The position numbers and the translations under genes are program-made. From positions 23,528,096 to 23,592,095 of the forward strand of contig JAUZTB010000118.1 in NCBI GenBank assembly GCA_034780895.1: 64,000 nt of DNA. Direction: 5' to 3'. Origin of the DNA: Rhynchobatus australiae (taxonomy: Eukaryota). Every line of letters begins with the position of its first letter. Position 1 is the first letter of the stretch. The notes beneath the pieces are model-generated. The model was given only the letters and a program-made list of their open reading frames with translations, had not been told where the DNA came from and ran no database searches. Shown one piece after another: positions 24,384 through 38,654 of the stretch.

Positions 24384-24527
24384 CCAAATATACACTCTAT
24401 GGCATATACACATCCAAATATATGCACTCTGCATATATACATACAAATATATGCATTGAGCATTCCACATACAAATATACACACTGAGCATACACATACA
24501 CAAGTATATGCACCGTGCATATACATT
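24384..24527. repeat. Degenerate ~28-30 bp tandem repeat (CAAATATAYRCACT..GCATAYACATA-like), about 5 copies
   Basis: caaatata/caagtata recurs at roughly 29-bp spacing. Confidence 0.7.
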
Positions 24528-24854
24528 TACTTTGTTTGATGCCCGAGGTCAAAATGACTCAAATGCCCTAAGAAGCAGATGCATAAAATTGTGTTGAATT
24601 TAAACCAAGTGCTCTCTATTCCATAGTACTAAGGTAGATATGAAATGCTGGCCATTAACACCCATGCAACATTTCACTTGTGACTGCCTTCCTCACACGC
24701 TATGACATGAAAGCAGCAAACTTCTGTTTTTCAACACCAGGTATACCTTTGAGAGAATTGTTATCAGTTATCTTTACAATTTTAATTTCTTTCAGCAACT
24801 CTAGCTTGCTGGCCCAAGTGACTATTCTTTCTGAAACACTGATGCCACTTGTCT

Positions 24855-25143
24855 TTTAAGCTCATAAGTTCAAGGGGAGAGGGGAAGGATTTAAAAGGGA
24901 ACCTGAGCAGCAAGTTTTTCACACAGAGGATGGTGGGTATATAGAATGAGCTGCCAGACAGGGTGGTAGAGTGGGTACAATTGCAATGTTTAAAAGACAT
25001 TTGGACCAGTACATGGATTGGAAGGGTTTCAAAGGATATGGGCCAAATGCAGGCAAATGGGACTAGCTCAGGTAGGCAACTTGGTTGCTGTGGACGAGTT
25101 GGTTTGAAGGTGCTGTTTCCGTGCTGTACAACTCTATGACTCT
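24855..25143 (+). mobile_element. CR1-like LINE 3' end
   Basis: FFTQRMVGI.NELP-like end, followed by ...gtgctgtacaactctatgactct. Confidence 0.85.
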
Positions 25144-26989
25144 GAATCACGTTGTGCTCCAACAACATAGTTGTCCTAGGAGTGGTGTAAATGCCCACTG
25201 TTGCCTGGTATTTTTTTAGACTGAGGAAGCCTTGCAGAAGGAGATTGCAAAGCTTCAGTTTCTGCATGGATTTGGAAACAAGCTAAACCTCAAAGAGGTG
25301 AGGTTTTAACAATGCAAACAGTGGGAACACAAAACACGCAGTCACATCGATGACCCCTCCTTCCAAGAGGTATTGGAGAATTTTTCCATTAAAGTCATCA
25401 TGGCTTTAAGGAGGCAGTAGTGCCTGTTGACATCATTCAGAAGCACCAGTACATAAGAAGTTACAACTTAATGCACCTACAATCTTATCCATTTGGACTC
25501 TGCACAAATCCAAGTGACCATGAACCTTTTAACTACCTCGTAAATCTTTTGCTATGCCGGTATTATGGCTGGTTGCAAAGTTGTGTTTCCCGATATAGTT
25601 GGTATTTAATCAACAGATTTTTGATAAGTTTGTTTTTCAACCACACAAGCGGAAAAAAATCCTACCTGGGAATTCTTTACGCAGCTTACAGTCCTTCTAA
25701 AGTGAGACCACCACTGTAGATCTTAAAGCTGTTGCCGAGTTTGCAGTAAACAACACCTTCAAAAAATAATTGCATATGTGCAAACCTTTGCTTCAGTTTC
25801 TCTTAGCTCATCGATCTCTCCAATGAGTGGTACAGCCTGATACCCAAAAATAATGACCGCATCACTTCACAAAGCTGCAGTGCTTTAGCTGATCATTTCT
25901 GCTGCGATTATGCTTTACAGTCTGCCGCTTACTTTGGCATACTGGATTGTGCCCTATGCAACTGAGGCTCCATTTGCACTATTTTCACGTGAACTCAGTC
26001 TGAATTCTGTTCTGGAACAAAGTTGGTGGAAAGGGGAAAGAGATTTATTCTGATTTAGTTCAGAATCTGTTTCAGCCACTGAAGACCAGTTTCACAGAAT
26101 GCAAAGGGTGATCACCCCAGAAAAGTTTCAATGTGAGGGAGGAAGAGGGAGAGCCCTCCTGCTCTTTACTATTCCTTTATAATAAGTCTAAATGCTTTTG
26201 CAAAGATCATCGACTACAAGTGTCATGTTATAGCAATTACAGTTTCAAAAGCTCTTGCAAAAATGTTGCAGCTTACAGCTTTATTAAGAAAAATGCTGTG
26301 ACAGCAACTAATAATCATGCATGTTCTGGACTTCNNNNNNNNNNNNNNNNNNNNNNNNNNNNNNNNNNNNNAGTGACGATCTGAACTAATGAACATTTGC
26401 TTCCAGCATATGGAACTTTGCATGGTAGGAGACATGGGAAGAACTTAGGAGTACTAATTTGTGAGCCCCATGGAACTTATCATTTCTAACAGCTGGAATT
26501 TGGAAAATCCAGCATATAATGACAGGAACAATATAGAATGTATAGTATTCACATTAGTGTTGCATTTATTCATAAGGTAACACAAATCTTACAAAATTAT
26601 CTTGGTGGTTGGGAAAGAAAAAGCTGCCTTCTTGTAATAGTCTTCTTGAAGACAAATGGTCTGCTTTTATCTATCCTCCTGTTCCCCATGTTTACTGTCC
26701 TTTACATGTCATTCACATTATCCTCAATGCCTCTACCTGTGCCCAAAGTTATATCACTTCACTCATCCAGACTCAGTATCGAACTCTCCATCTTTAGGTT
26801 ATTCACTCTTTCTGTCTGAATGTATCAGAACTGGCCATTACTTGTCATTGAGCTGTGATTTTACCTCAGTTTCTCTATCTCTATGGGTACAGTCTAGCCT
26901 GCTGGGCATGTCCTACAGCCCTGCTACTTATAACACCTTACAAAGATAAAGAAGCACAATCTATCTTAACTCCCACACTTATCACTTGG

Positions 26990-27175
26990 TCACACCTTGT
27001 CAGAGATATTCTCTTTGTTCAATCCAGACCTCCCATCCGTTTCTCTGCAACTGAAACTAACCTTCCCAGTCCCGGCAGTAGGTCTCAGACCTGATATGTT
27101 AACTCTGTTTCTATCTCCACAGATGCTACCTGACCTGTTAGGTGTTTCCAGCATTTGTTGTTTTATATTCATGAT
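26990..27175 (+). mobile_element. Penelope-derived pLTR fragment
   Basis: ggtctcagacctgatatgttaactctgtttctatctccacagatgctacctgacctgttaggtgtttccagc. Confidence 0.65.
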
Positions 27176-27247
27176 TTAACTTTTTCATTCATTGTAAGTC
27201 GGTCCTTCCCTCTGTTTGAGACATTAACTCGGAACACATCGGGCACA

Positions 27248-27575
27248 TTAGAGTCACAGAGTCAAAGAGAGTTACAGCACAGAAACAGGCCCTCCAGCCC
27301 ACTGAGTCTGCACTAACCAGCAACCACTCATTTTCACTAACCATTTTTATCCTCCCCACATTCTTATCAACTCCCCCCAAGTTCTACCACTCACAGACAT
27401 ACTTGGGGCAATTTACAGCAGCCAGCCCACACATCCTTGGGATGTGGGAGCAGAATGGATCACCCAATGGTGACAAAGAGAACATACGAACTCCAAACAG
27501 ACAGCATCTGAGGTCAAGATCGAACTTGGGTATCTGGCACTGTGATGCAGCAGCTCTACTAGCTGAGCCACTCTA
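27248..27575 (-). mobile_element. V-SINE (HE1-like)
   Basis: Tail agagtcacagagtcaaagag...acagaaacaggccc and head gaggtcaagatcgaac...gcagctctactagctg, in reverse complement. Confidence 0.8.
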
Positions 27576-27899
27576 CAGAATGATTACAGGAGGCCACTTA
27601 GCTATTCAATTCTGTCTTGGATAAATGCAAGAGTAACCCAGTTCACCCCACTGGTTAATGCCATGTTTTATTTCAGAAGTACCTGCTATCTCCAGGGGGA
27701 GGTAAGGATCCCATTGCAAGGGACTATTTTGAAGAAAAACAGGGGAACTACCCCCAATTCTTCATCTTCTTCCTGTCAATTTTAGCAGAAGGTGGCACCT
27801 GCAAACTGGGCACTGAAGTCAACCAAAGAGTGTGCTGCTGATCCATTCTTGGAGTTCAAGTTCAACACTTGACTGAAGCTCCAGATCAAAAAGGGAAAA

Positions 27900-28241
27900 C
27901 AGATAGAAGATACAGGAGCCTGAGGGCACGTACCACCAGTCCTAAGGACAGCTTCTACCCCACTGTGATAAGACTATTGAACAGTTCCCTTATACGATGA
28001 GATGGGCTCTGACCTCACAATCTACCTTGTTGTGACCTTGCACCTTATTGTCTACCTGCACTGCACTTCCTCTGTAGCTGTGANNNNNNNNNNNNNNNNN
28101 NNNNNNNNNNNNNNNNNNACCTCAATGCACTCTGTACTAACTCAATGTAACTGCACTGTGTAATGAATTGACCTGTACGATCGGTATGCAAGACATGTTT
28201 TTCACTGTACCTTGGTACAAGTGACAATAATAAACCAATAC
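27900..28241 (+). mobile_element. Rex1/Babar-type LINE 3' end (subfamily B, young)
   Basis: agatacaggagcctgagggcacgtaccacc...gtgacaataataaaccaata. Confidence 0.82.
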
Positions 28242-28424
28242 CTTTCTGTGTTAGGGAAGGTGCATTAGAATGCATAAGGGTCAGTGACTGTTTTGTGTGA
28301 AACACTCCATACCAGTAATGTACCAACAGTCAGGAGGGACCTGTGCAAGGACTGGAAGGATTGGACCTGGAGTTGTGGGATGGGGGGCAGTGGAGAGGAA
28401 GGGGTGCAGAGGGGGGTATTGTTT

Positions 28425-29060
28425 TGTATTAGTTGTATTGTATTGGTTTATTACTGTCACATGCACTGAGATACAGTGAAACGCTTTTGATTGGCATGCC
28501 ATCCAGACAGAATGCACCATACATAATTACATCGAGGTTATGAAAAGAAAAAAGAATGCAGAATATAGTGTTGCAGTTACAGAGAAAGTGCAGCGCAGGT
28601 AGATAAATAAAGTGCAAGGGCTACAACGAGGTAGATTGGGAGAACAAGAGTTCATCCTTCAGTGTATCAGAAGTCCGTTCAAGAGTGTGATAACAGTGGG
28701 GTAGAAGCTGTCCTTGAGTCTGGAGATATGTACTCTCAGGGTTTTGTACCCTCTGCCTGAAAAGACAGAGGAGAAGAGAGAATGATCGGCATGAGAGGAG
28801 TCCTTGATTGTGTTGGCTGCTTTCCCGAGGCAGCGGGAAGTGTAGACAGAGTCAATGGCAGGAGGTTGGTTTGCATGATGGACTGGGCTGCTTTCGCAAC
28901 TCTGCAATTTCCTGCGGTCTTCAGCAGAGCATTCGTCATACCAAGCTGTGATGCACCCAGATAGGATGCTTTCTGTGGTGCATCTATAAAAAAATGATAA
29001 GAGCCATCAGGGACGTGCCAAATTTCCTTAGCCTTCTGAGGAAGTAGAGGCATTGTATGA
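28425..29060 (-). mobile_element. Rex1/Babar-type LINE 3' end (subfamily B)
   Basis: Minus ORF IDSVYTSRCLGKAANTIKDSSH...RLKDSFYPTVITLLN; tail ending aataaaccaatacaataca. Confidence 0.85.
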
Positions 29061-30244
29061 GAAAAAAGCAACAACAGTGAAGGGAACTTTAAGAGGAAGG
29101 AATTCAGGGGGAGAGGTCATTGGGTGTTGCATGGTGAAAGGGTGAGGATTGGACAACAGGAGACCATAACATCACCAGCAGTGAAACAGTGGGGGCAGGT
29201 AAGGAGAAGTGAGTGCAAAAACCAAACAAAGTACCTTAATGAGGTCTCAGCTGCCAGAATATCAAAGCTCCCTGGCAGTTGGGCAGCGAAACTTCATACC
29301 CTTCAACGAACATCAAAGCAGCCCTCAAAATGTAAAAGAATCTTCAAAAGTGTGAAGCAAGGACAAAGTTATGGAAAAAAGAATTCCAGCACAGATTTCA
29401 AAATAAAGAAAGGGCACTTCAAAGACAATGAAACATCAGCAAGAATAGTAATCAATTATTTAATTGTGCATTTATTTTGTTGGAAATAAACATCTGTTTT
29501 GGCAGAGGATTGGGGGAATTCTGGCCCACTGCTTTTAGAGCTGAAATTTACTAGTTTGCTCATGTTATAGAGGGGTCAAAATGCAACTCAAAGTAATTTG
29601 GAGTGATTTCAACACGCTCTCCCACTTACTACACTTGGACTGGGCATCACACCCTTAATTGCACTGGTCAATACAATTTAAAAAATAAATTGTTTAAAAT
29701 GCCTATAAAGAGACTGATGCAAAGATGTCCACTTGCACAGAGATAGTAAACTATCAAAAGTGTACATTTCTAAATTCAGCGTTCACCTTCTCCTTCATCC
29801 CCAGTAATGAATAGTAAAAAGTATATGCTCTTTAATAGTTTGGAGGATCTATTTTCTCAGCTTCTCAGCTGGTCCAGGATGAATGCATCCAGGAAACTTT
29901 GGTCCTTTATACCCAGAGGCATAATCACTATCAGTTGGTTTCAATGATCCTTGCAATAATAAAGCACTGAAGCAAGCGTTCCACCTTATCTTTCAGTGAG
30001 GTATCTAACTTCACTCTGCAGTCATGAGCTCTCACACGCACACACTGACATGCCTTGATGATATCAGTTCTGCAAGAACACTACAAGATAAACAACAACA
30101 CAAACCTGTGAGGACATGCAGGTGAATATCTTTGCAACATGTCATCACTTCACTCACCTTTATTCTTGATTTGTACTTTGGAATAATTCCACATTTTCCT
30201 GCAGCACACCTTCAGCTGACATATGTTTACTCAACAATATTGTG

Positions 30245-30430
30245 ACCTGAGCTTCCAGTTGCCTGTCACTCCAACTCACCATTGCACTCCCATTTTGACC
30301 TTTCTGCCAGTGGCCTCTTGCACTGCTACAACAAGGCCCAGCACAAGCTTGAAGAACAATAACTTATCTTCTATCAGAGCACATTGCAGCCCTCCTGATT
30401 CAATATTGAATTCTCTGACTTTCGGTAACT
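30245..30430 (+). mobile_element. Penelope-like element GIY-YIG endonuclease C-terminal remnant
   Basis: Frame from 30249 reads ELPVACHSNSPLHSHFDLSASGLLHCYNKAQHKLEEQ*LIFYQSTLQPS*FNIEFSDFR*. Confidence 0.75.
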
Positions 30431-30959
30431 CACTCTTTCCGCATTAGAACAGGCTATTTCTGCCTAATATCATTGTGTCATCAGTTTTGTCAAACTAATA
30501 TCAGTTTTTCTTATTCAATTTGGTTAGTCTAGCCTGCTGCTTGAGTCCCCCAGCCTCACTATTAAGAATGCATCACACAAACAAGCATAATGTATTTGTA
30601 ACTGCCCCAATTAACCAATTTGGATTCACCCAGCTAGCAGGCTTCTAATCATCAACGTGGATTATTTGGGATATGAGGATAGAAGTTATCTTTCTGAGGA
30701 AGAAGAAAACTTTCTTCCCTTTTGAAGCCTCTGTCACACCCCATAACGCTGGTAGGATGTCGACAGTTGTGAGTCACACCATAGTCTATGGCAGTCCAAG
30801 TGCACATGTAAGTGGTGGGTGCTCTTTGGTTGCAGTGAAAACTTTGCATTTGGCACTGCATTGCAGTTGAGCCCACAAGTGCAGCAACCATATCAGTCAA
30901 CACTTGTTCATTGGGAAGAGTGAGCTTCAAGCTCTGTGCAAATTTCCTATACCAAATGG

Positions 30960-31080
30960 AATGTGGGATTGTGGGATATGCGGGAGGAAAGGGTGAGATG
31001 GTGTGAGGTGTGATTTGATGGGCAGCACAACATGGTGGGCCAAAGGGCCTGTATTGTGCTGTATTGTTCTATGGTTCTTC
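30960..31080 (+). mobile_element. CR1-like LINE 3' tail
   Basis: ggcagcacaacatggtgggccaaagggcctgtattgtgctgtattgttctatggttct. Confidence 0.7.
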
Positions 31081-31689
31081 TACGGTTCAAATTGGAGCTC
31101 AGTGAATAGGATTCCCAAGGTTCCATGTACACCAATCAGCCATATTCTGCAGATTGCCTGAAAGATGTCCTCTGAAGCACAGCCCTGATGTGTGCTTGTC
31201 TCTGGGATGTTTGGCACATAGGTTATTCTTACTCTCTGTCCTGGCAGCAGGCTGCTTGACCCAGTGCCTTTTTTATTTGTGCCAAATCTACGTCCACATG
31301 CTCCTCTGAATTACCCAGAGCCTCAGTGCCTGAGCATGTGGCTGAGAGTATGAAATCAAGTGACAGTGTACTTTATCGTTGTCTTCTTGCTGTTATTTTA
31401 TTGCCTGGCAAAATGCTGGCTAAAATAAGAAAGAATGCAAAGATATGATTGTGTTGTAGGGAGGGGAGGGAAGCCAGAAGTATCTGCACCCTGTAAATCA
31501 CAAGAGCTTGTGCACTGAGTGAGTAAAATACAAGAAGACCAACATCTCCAATGTTCTCACTCCACCAAAAGTAATGAGTTCATCAAGGGCTGCCTCAGAG
31601 ATTTTATCTGCTGCCTTCTCTATGGGCAACTAAGATGCATATACATGTTCCCCCTTGACTAGTTCTTGTTGCATTCAGTTATATGCCAT

Positions 31690-32030
31690 CTGCAATGAAA
31701 GGGAGAAGTGCATCAGTACGTTTTGAGTAATTTGTCTCGGTGATAGGGTTGTCATGTTTGAAGAGTTGGCAGTGCATGCTGCCTACTTGACATGAGTGTG
31801 AGTGCAAATTGTATGAGTGTGAAATGTAGCATCTGAATGTCAGTTGGTCTCCTGAGTGATGGATATTGGCAGGTAGCTGAGTGACGTTTGCAAGATGAAT
31901 TGAGCAGAGGCTGAGGTTAGTGGTGCAAATGATGGACTGGGGGACTTGGTGTTCACCGAGCATCTGTGGTCACAGAAGTCTTGTGACGTGCATCCAAGTT
32001 CCCCTGGTTTTAACAGGTGTTAACCTCCTG
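31690..32030 (-). mobile_element. Possible ancient LINE endonuclease-region remnant
   Basis: Minus frame ..VGSMHCQLFKHDNPITET.. loosely resembles the start of an APE endonuclease; weak. Confidence 0.25.
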
Positions 32031-32064
32031 AATTGTTACCTCCTATTTTGGAGGATCAAAGACT

Positions 32065-32642
32065 GTGACAAACCTCTACAGATGTACAGTGGAAAGTACT
32101 CTGACTGGTTGCACCATGGCCTGGTAGGGTAACTCCAATGCACAGGGATGCAAAAGGCTACAGAGAGTGGTGGACTCAGCCAGTTCCATCACAGGTACAG
32201 CTCTCCCCACCACCAAGAACACCTACAAGAGGTGATGTCTCAGGAAGATGCCATCCATCAATAGGGACCTCCAACATCTAGGCCATGCCTTCTTCTCGAT
32301 GCTGCCATCAGGCAGGAGGTACAGGACCCTGAAGACTCACACCTCAAGGTTCAACAACAGCTACTTTCCCACTGCCATCAGGTTCTTGAACTGACCTGAA
32401 AAACCCAAACACTACCTCAGACTATATATATTTTTCCTTTCTCTCTTGCAAGCTTGTACAAGTCTCTTATTATTTATTTTTGGTTTTGATTTGGTATGTT
32501 ATGTATAATTTATGTTAATTTAAGTTTATGTGAAGTTGTTTGTTCTCATCTTGTAATGTACTGTGCTGCTGCTGCAAAAAGCTAATTTTCATGGCATTTA
32601 CAACCGAGTATGTATGCCTATGACAACAATAAACTTGAACTT
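32065..32642 (+). mobile_element. Rex1/Babar LINE 3' end (subfamily A)
   Basis: Closely parallels 13305-13845; tail aataaacttgaactt. Confidence 0.88.
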
Positions 32643-35399
32643 GGTTCCCTCCAACTGCAAGGCAGCTATTGACCTTGATCATCTTCTCTGCCAAGGGCTT
32701 CATGCAGGATCTGAAAACTGTGAAGACCATTGTGTGTTCTGCAGCACTAGACTTCACAGATTCCAAGGTCAGATTCACCTGCTAACATTGGCACCAACAG
32801 GCACACTCCCCCTTTAAGAACTGCAGGCTGGCTTTATCCAATCCATGCTTGCTTCAGCTGGGACCTGCCAGTCAGAACATTGCCGCCCTGCTGAAATGTC
32901 CAGTAAGTAAGCAAGTCTGGTCAGTGCAGAGTAGAAGTTGCAGTCATGAAAATTAACAGGCGATATAAACTTCACCTGCTTCCTGAGTGCCTGTGAACTN
33001 NNNNNNNNNNNNNNNNNNNNNNNNNNNNNNNNNNNNNNNNNNNNNNNNNNNNNNNNNNNNNNNNNNNNNNNNNNNNNNNNNNNNNNNNNNNNNNNNNNNT
33101 CCTGAGTGCCTGTGAACTATTACATCTCAATCTCATTTTTATTTCTAGAGGCTATTTGGTTTAGCCCTCATAAAATACAAAATGAGAACAGGAACAAAAA
33201 TGGAGGTAAAAAGCTTCTTTGCATTTTCAATAACCATTATTTCAAATATTTGTATAAGTTCATCGCTTTTTACACATAACAACTTCACTCTCATTAGAAC
33301 ACTTTGTTATAAATTCTTTATTACAGATTCAGTGCAAGAAAAGGTCATCTGGCCAATTAAACCTACTCAATCCAGACTTCTCTCATTATTATTTTCTCAG
33401 ACTTCCTACTCCTTCTCTGCATGTTGATCTCACCTTGTTAAAGAAACACTTGCCCTTCACAATAATTATGAATCTAACTCGGATTAAAAGGATTATAATC
33501 GACTGAGCAATCCACCCTTATCACGTGTCTGCACTACACCATTTTCTAGACTGGGGTACGTGATCATATATTTGCATTCTCTAGTACTGTTTGCCTTGCT
33601 TATGGCAAATTATTTTCTGACTTTGTCTTTCAATTTTCAACCTGTGTATCACAGTCCCCTGAGACTTGGAAATATCTTGGTCATTTTTCTATAAACTTTT
33701 TAATATACCTCATGTATTAGGTGAGGATGGACAAAACTTCACTCCTAATACTAACCTACCCATGCAATACCTAATACTACCTACGCCCAGTGATTTCCAG
33801 TTACATCTCTGTATCCAAGTTATTGACTGTTTCTCACAATGACCAAATACTTTCATCCACTTACATTTACATCACTTTACATTTATGTCTCATTTCATAG
33901 TGTGCCACTATGCTAGAACAACCAGTTCCAGATCATTCAGAACTATATTGATGAGCATAACATTCCATGGAGCTCGACTGGATATGTTTTCAGACTTGGA
34001 ATGCTTATGTTTTATCACCATTGTTTCCTGAGCCATGTTTCCATTGGTCCATAAGCTGTCAACTCTTCCATTACTTGCCCTTTTGATGAAAGGAACAAGG
34101 TCAGAAATTCCAAAACTCAAATGCCCCATGTCCTCTCAGTTATTTACCTTTATTGGCTTAATATTAGTATTACAACTACAGTAATAATATAAAAATAGGC
34201 CATTGAGGGTATGTAATCATTGTTACTGTCAGTTTAGCTCCACAAATAATTCCTTTATAATTGTAAGGCATAAACTTTGGATTCCAAATGATTCTTGGTA
34301 CTGCCAGTACTCTATGTACTTTTTGGATGTTCAATTAAAGAACTGCACGAATGCCCTCAGGCATTTTTCTCACTAAAGTTGACACGCAAACTGGCCTGTA
34401 ATTATCACATTTGTACCTTGCCATTGGTGAAACACTGGTAGTACATATTTTCCCACCAATAACTGCAGGAACCACTCTATTATTTATGGACTGCTCAAAC
34501 TGGGGAACAAATTCTTCACATCACACCTGGCCCAGGAGACTTGCGAAAATATAATTCTTCCAAATTCTGCATAACATATCCTTCATGAATTCCCGATTGT
34601 GTTCTGCACTGCTTCACTCAATTATCTATGCACAAAACTCCACCAACAGGACTCCTTAGTGAAAACTAATGTGAAGAAGCCATTCAGTAGTTCTGACATC
34701 ATGTTGTTTTTATCCAAACTTATCCTTCACTGGACCCAATGGATCGTTACCCCTCCAATAAATAGTCAGCATTAGTATAACACTTTCATATCTCCTCTTG
34801 CTGCTTTGTGGACTTCCCTCAATTGCATGCACTAATATTTACAAATAAGTGCATGGTCATAAATGTATATGAAGAAAGATTGTGATTGAATGATTATTTT
34901 AAAACTAGCAATTCTCAGATTAAGGCAGAATGCTTTTTCCATAGAACAATGTAAGAATATCTCACATTTATTTTCCACTTCTCAACAAACTCAATTACGT
35001 GGAAGGAAAGTGAAAGCAAGGTGCGTCACANNNCACAATCATATTTTTCCTGAACCTCTCAGCACTTGTACAGGTTAGAGAGATTCACAACGTGGCCAAC
35101 GGCTTTCTTTTTCAATGGCAATTTTGCTGTAACAGAATCATATAAATTATCCTGACAATGGCAAAGTGAAGGCACTATTAGGGCACAACAAGTTTACAAT
35201 TCTATCTCTTTTCCTGGTGACCGGTTTGCTTCTTCAGTTGTGGACAATGCATTCACTAAATTCTTCCAACGTTTCACTGCTGGGTGCTGCATACTTCAGC
35301 AGAAGGCAGTGTTACGTCATACCATTCGAACAGTGATGGATCTCTCTTCTGTGAGCTATGAAAATAACTGAGATGGGAAGTGAACCAGACAATCCTTCT

Positions 35400-35620
35400 G
35401 TAAATTTGTTTATGGGATGTGGGCATCACTGGCAAGGGCCAGAATTTATCACCCATTCCTCAGTGCCTTTGAGAATCACCATCTGAATGTTACAGTCCTT
35501 CTGAAGGTACTCCACAGTGCTGCAGGTTCAGGAGTTCCAGGTTTTAGACCGAGCATGATCAAGGAATGCCAATGTCTTTCCAAACCAGGCTAATGTGTGA
35601 CAAGGAGTGAAACCTGCAAT
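35400..35620 (-). mobile_element. Old CR1/L2-group LINE 3' end
   Basis: tatgggatgtgggcatcactggcaagggccagaatttatcacccattcct...gaaggtactccacagtgctg, homologous to 14590-14780. Confidence 0.7.
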
Positions 35621-38600
35621 TAGTTCCATAAACATATGAGGATATTCAATTTTTTCAAGGAAGAATATTTAATGTTTTGTCCTCTTCATCTGTTGGACTT
35701 GTGTCATCCACAGCAACTCGCACTGCAATGAGCTCTTCCTCTGCTCAGAGGATGATGCCAGGGAGCAGGCAAACTTGCATGTGGATTGAAAATCACATCC
35801 CCAACTCCTTCAACAGCAAGAGCAATCACTATTAAAACACTGCTTGGTCATTGTTTACAAAGGCTGCATCGCAGTTAAATTTTGCACGTACACTGCATTG
35901 CCAAATGAGCAATGATGCAGAATGCTCCTTTTAGGCTGAAGACTTTCAGAAACTTCCTTCAGAAGAAAGACACATTGGATGGAACAAATGCAGACACAAC
36001 CGATGTGATTTTCATAATCCAACCCAGTTAACACTTCAACCACTCCTCTACATCTGTTAATTGATAAGATATTTGCATGTCATAACTCAGGAGTGTTAAC
36101 ATTTGAAACCAGTCTTTGCTCATCAAACCAGACTACTATCCAGTAGAGGAGCAAGGCTTTACTTTGGGAGATGAAAGGAAGAAATTAGAACCTCACATAA
36201 GTGATGCTTCAACATATTTCACTTGAATGGTGTATTGTTATTTGCTTCGTGTATCCTACTGCCTTTGTTTCCCTAGTTCTCTACAATCCAGAGACCATTC
36301 TTATCCTTTAAATGTTAAAATAGGGACTATCGTGTCTTCAGAATCCCTGTAATACTGGGATTTCGCTGTCACACAGTTGTAATGCTTTTCCATTAAGTCA
36401 ATTAGGTATGACCTGGACCACAAGTTAATCCAACAGCAATATAACTTCAAGAGTTCAAAAGACTAAAATCAAGTGCTCTCAAGACAAATAAAGGGGTTAA
36501 GTCTGAGCAGAGACACAGAGCTTCATTAGTAATATTCGTGCTGTAGTGAATTCCTATCAACCATTCTGCCAGCTGCAATTATTGAAACAGAACCTGAGGT
36601 CAGCTAATTTGGACCTGATAAAGCTGCTGGCTTTATACTGCTACTGCCTGACAAAGCCAAATGACTAATAAAGATAATTGAAAAGTCGATCATATACAGT
36701 GTGAAAATGCTTGTTCCCATTTGTAGGGGATTAGTAGTAATATTTCTGCAAGGCAAAGACCAGTTTTAGATTTTGATTGTTACACTGCCACAATGTGAAG
36801 TGTGAGCCAGGGAGCAGACACTATTCAGGAGCCAGATTAAACCCTTGGAACAGAGGAGTCTCACTCGTTTTGTTTCTAAGACCCTTCACCTTGGTTACAT
36901 GGACTACACTGAAATCCTGACACTGCCTCCCCTCAACAAAATGCAGGTGTCTGTGCTGTCTGTCCACATTGCTTTTATTCAACATGTGCACACATGCTCA
37001 GGTGTCACTCTGTTGGACTTGGCTTGGAAATCTCAATTTATGGTGGAAAGTAAACCAGGATAGTGGGTCCAGGAGCTAATGGGTTACATTGAGGCACCTC
37101 GGGCATCAAATGGAGAAGATCTGTCTGTACAGTGACTGGGTGCTTCATCTGATTTACAAATTAAGCTACAAATGCTCAGGACCAATAGAAAGTGGCTTGG
37201 GAGGTCCAGACTACTTGTAAGCAAGCATAGCTGCAGCTCCAGACAAATGAAAGAGAGGGATAGGTAACAGGCTGGGGCTCCAAACCATCTGAGAGAGGCA
37301 GGGAGATTGATATGCCCAAACTGAAGCCTAATGGGCTGAGGTTCACTGCAATGTATTCAGTGCAGACAACTTGAAATCTTCTCTGTGTGAAAACCACTGG
37401 ATTCGAGCACTATCTGTCAATAAAGCTAAGAGAAATTTGCACCCCAGTGGTTGCTGGGTGTGTCTGTGCTACAATACCAGTGGAGTACTTATGATGAACA
37501 TTCAGGGTATATAGCTTTTCTTTTTTCAGACTTGATTGTACTTGAAACCTTCTAAAACTGACGGCATAATTGCAGGTTCCCTTGTACATAAATCTAATGT
37601 AATACCTTAGAAGTAGTCACTTATCAAACCGGAAAAGCTTCCTAAGAAAGGCTCACCATTGTGCTGTTACCTCTTCAATGCAATCCCACAAGAATGCATC
37701 AGCTGTGCAAATTCAATTCTGAGAAATACACATTAAAATCATTGAATTTTGTTGCCCTTAATTTTTAAGTCTTCATTGTTATTTAGTCTTTATTTTAAAA
37801 ATGTGTGTTTTATTTTCATTAGTTTCTTTGTGGTGGGAGAGCCTGTTTTGAGTTTATTGCTTTCATTCNNNNNNNNNNNNNNNNNNNNATTAGGAGATGC
37901 CCACTCAGTTTCTCTTGGCTGGGAACTTGCACCCAGAATGCCCCTGAAGTTGCACTAACTAGGTTACAATTCAGGTTTAGAATAAGATTCATTTGTATTT
38001 CTTCAAATCTAAAATCTCCCATGCACTAATGCAATTGGGGCTTAATGGTAATGGGATTAAAATGGCATAAAAGTGGAATCATTTATTATCATTTCATGAA
38101 ACACTATTCATTGATCTATTTTAGACAGTAACCTGGAGCCGTTTTATAAATATGTCAAAAATTAAACCAAAGTTAAGTATTTTTAATAAGGCTGTCCTGT
38201 CCACTCTCTCTGAATAACCTGGCTTAAATCACATAAAACCACATAACAAGTACACAGAAATATTTTATTGGCATAAGCATAAAAGTATCTTCCTCTGCAG
38301 TCTGAAGCAACTTTTAAATGTGCCTCCAGGTGCTAGTGTGCATAAGAAAATGGGGCACATTTGAAGAGTTATCTTGAACCAAATGAAAAGGCTGAAATGT
38401 ACTATTTCACTTTAAGAGAGTGGCCTATTTGTGGGTAGGGGGACATGGGGAATTGAATCTTGAACCAGCACAAAACACCACTGCAAACATGAACCGAAGT
38501 GGCTTTCAGAGTTGCCCATGCTTAAAATTCTGGTGCAGGTTTGGCCAATTCTGTCCAGACTGCATTAAGGCTACATGCAGGTGAGCTGAAATCCCATTCC

Positions 38601-38654
38601 ACTCCAAACCCACTTTCCCTCTACCTACGCTACACCTTGTTGTTTGATGTTGGC

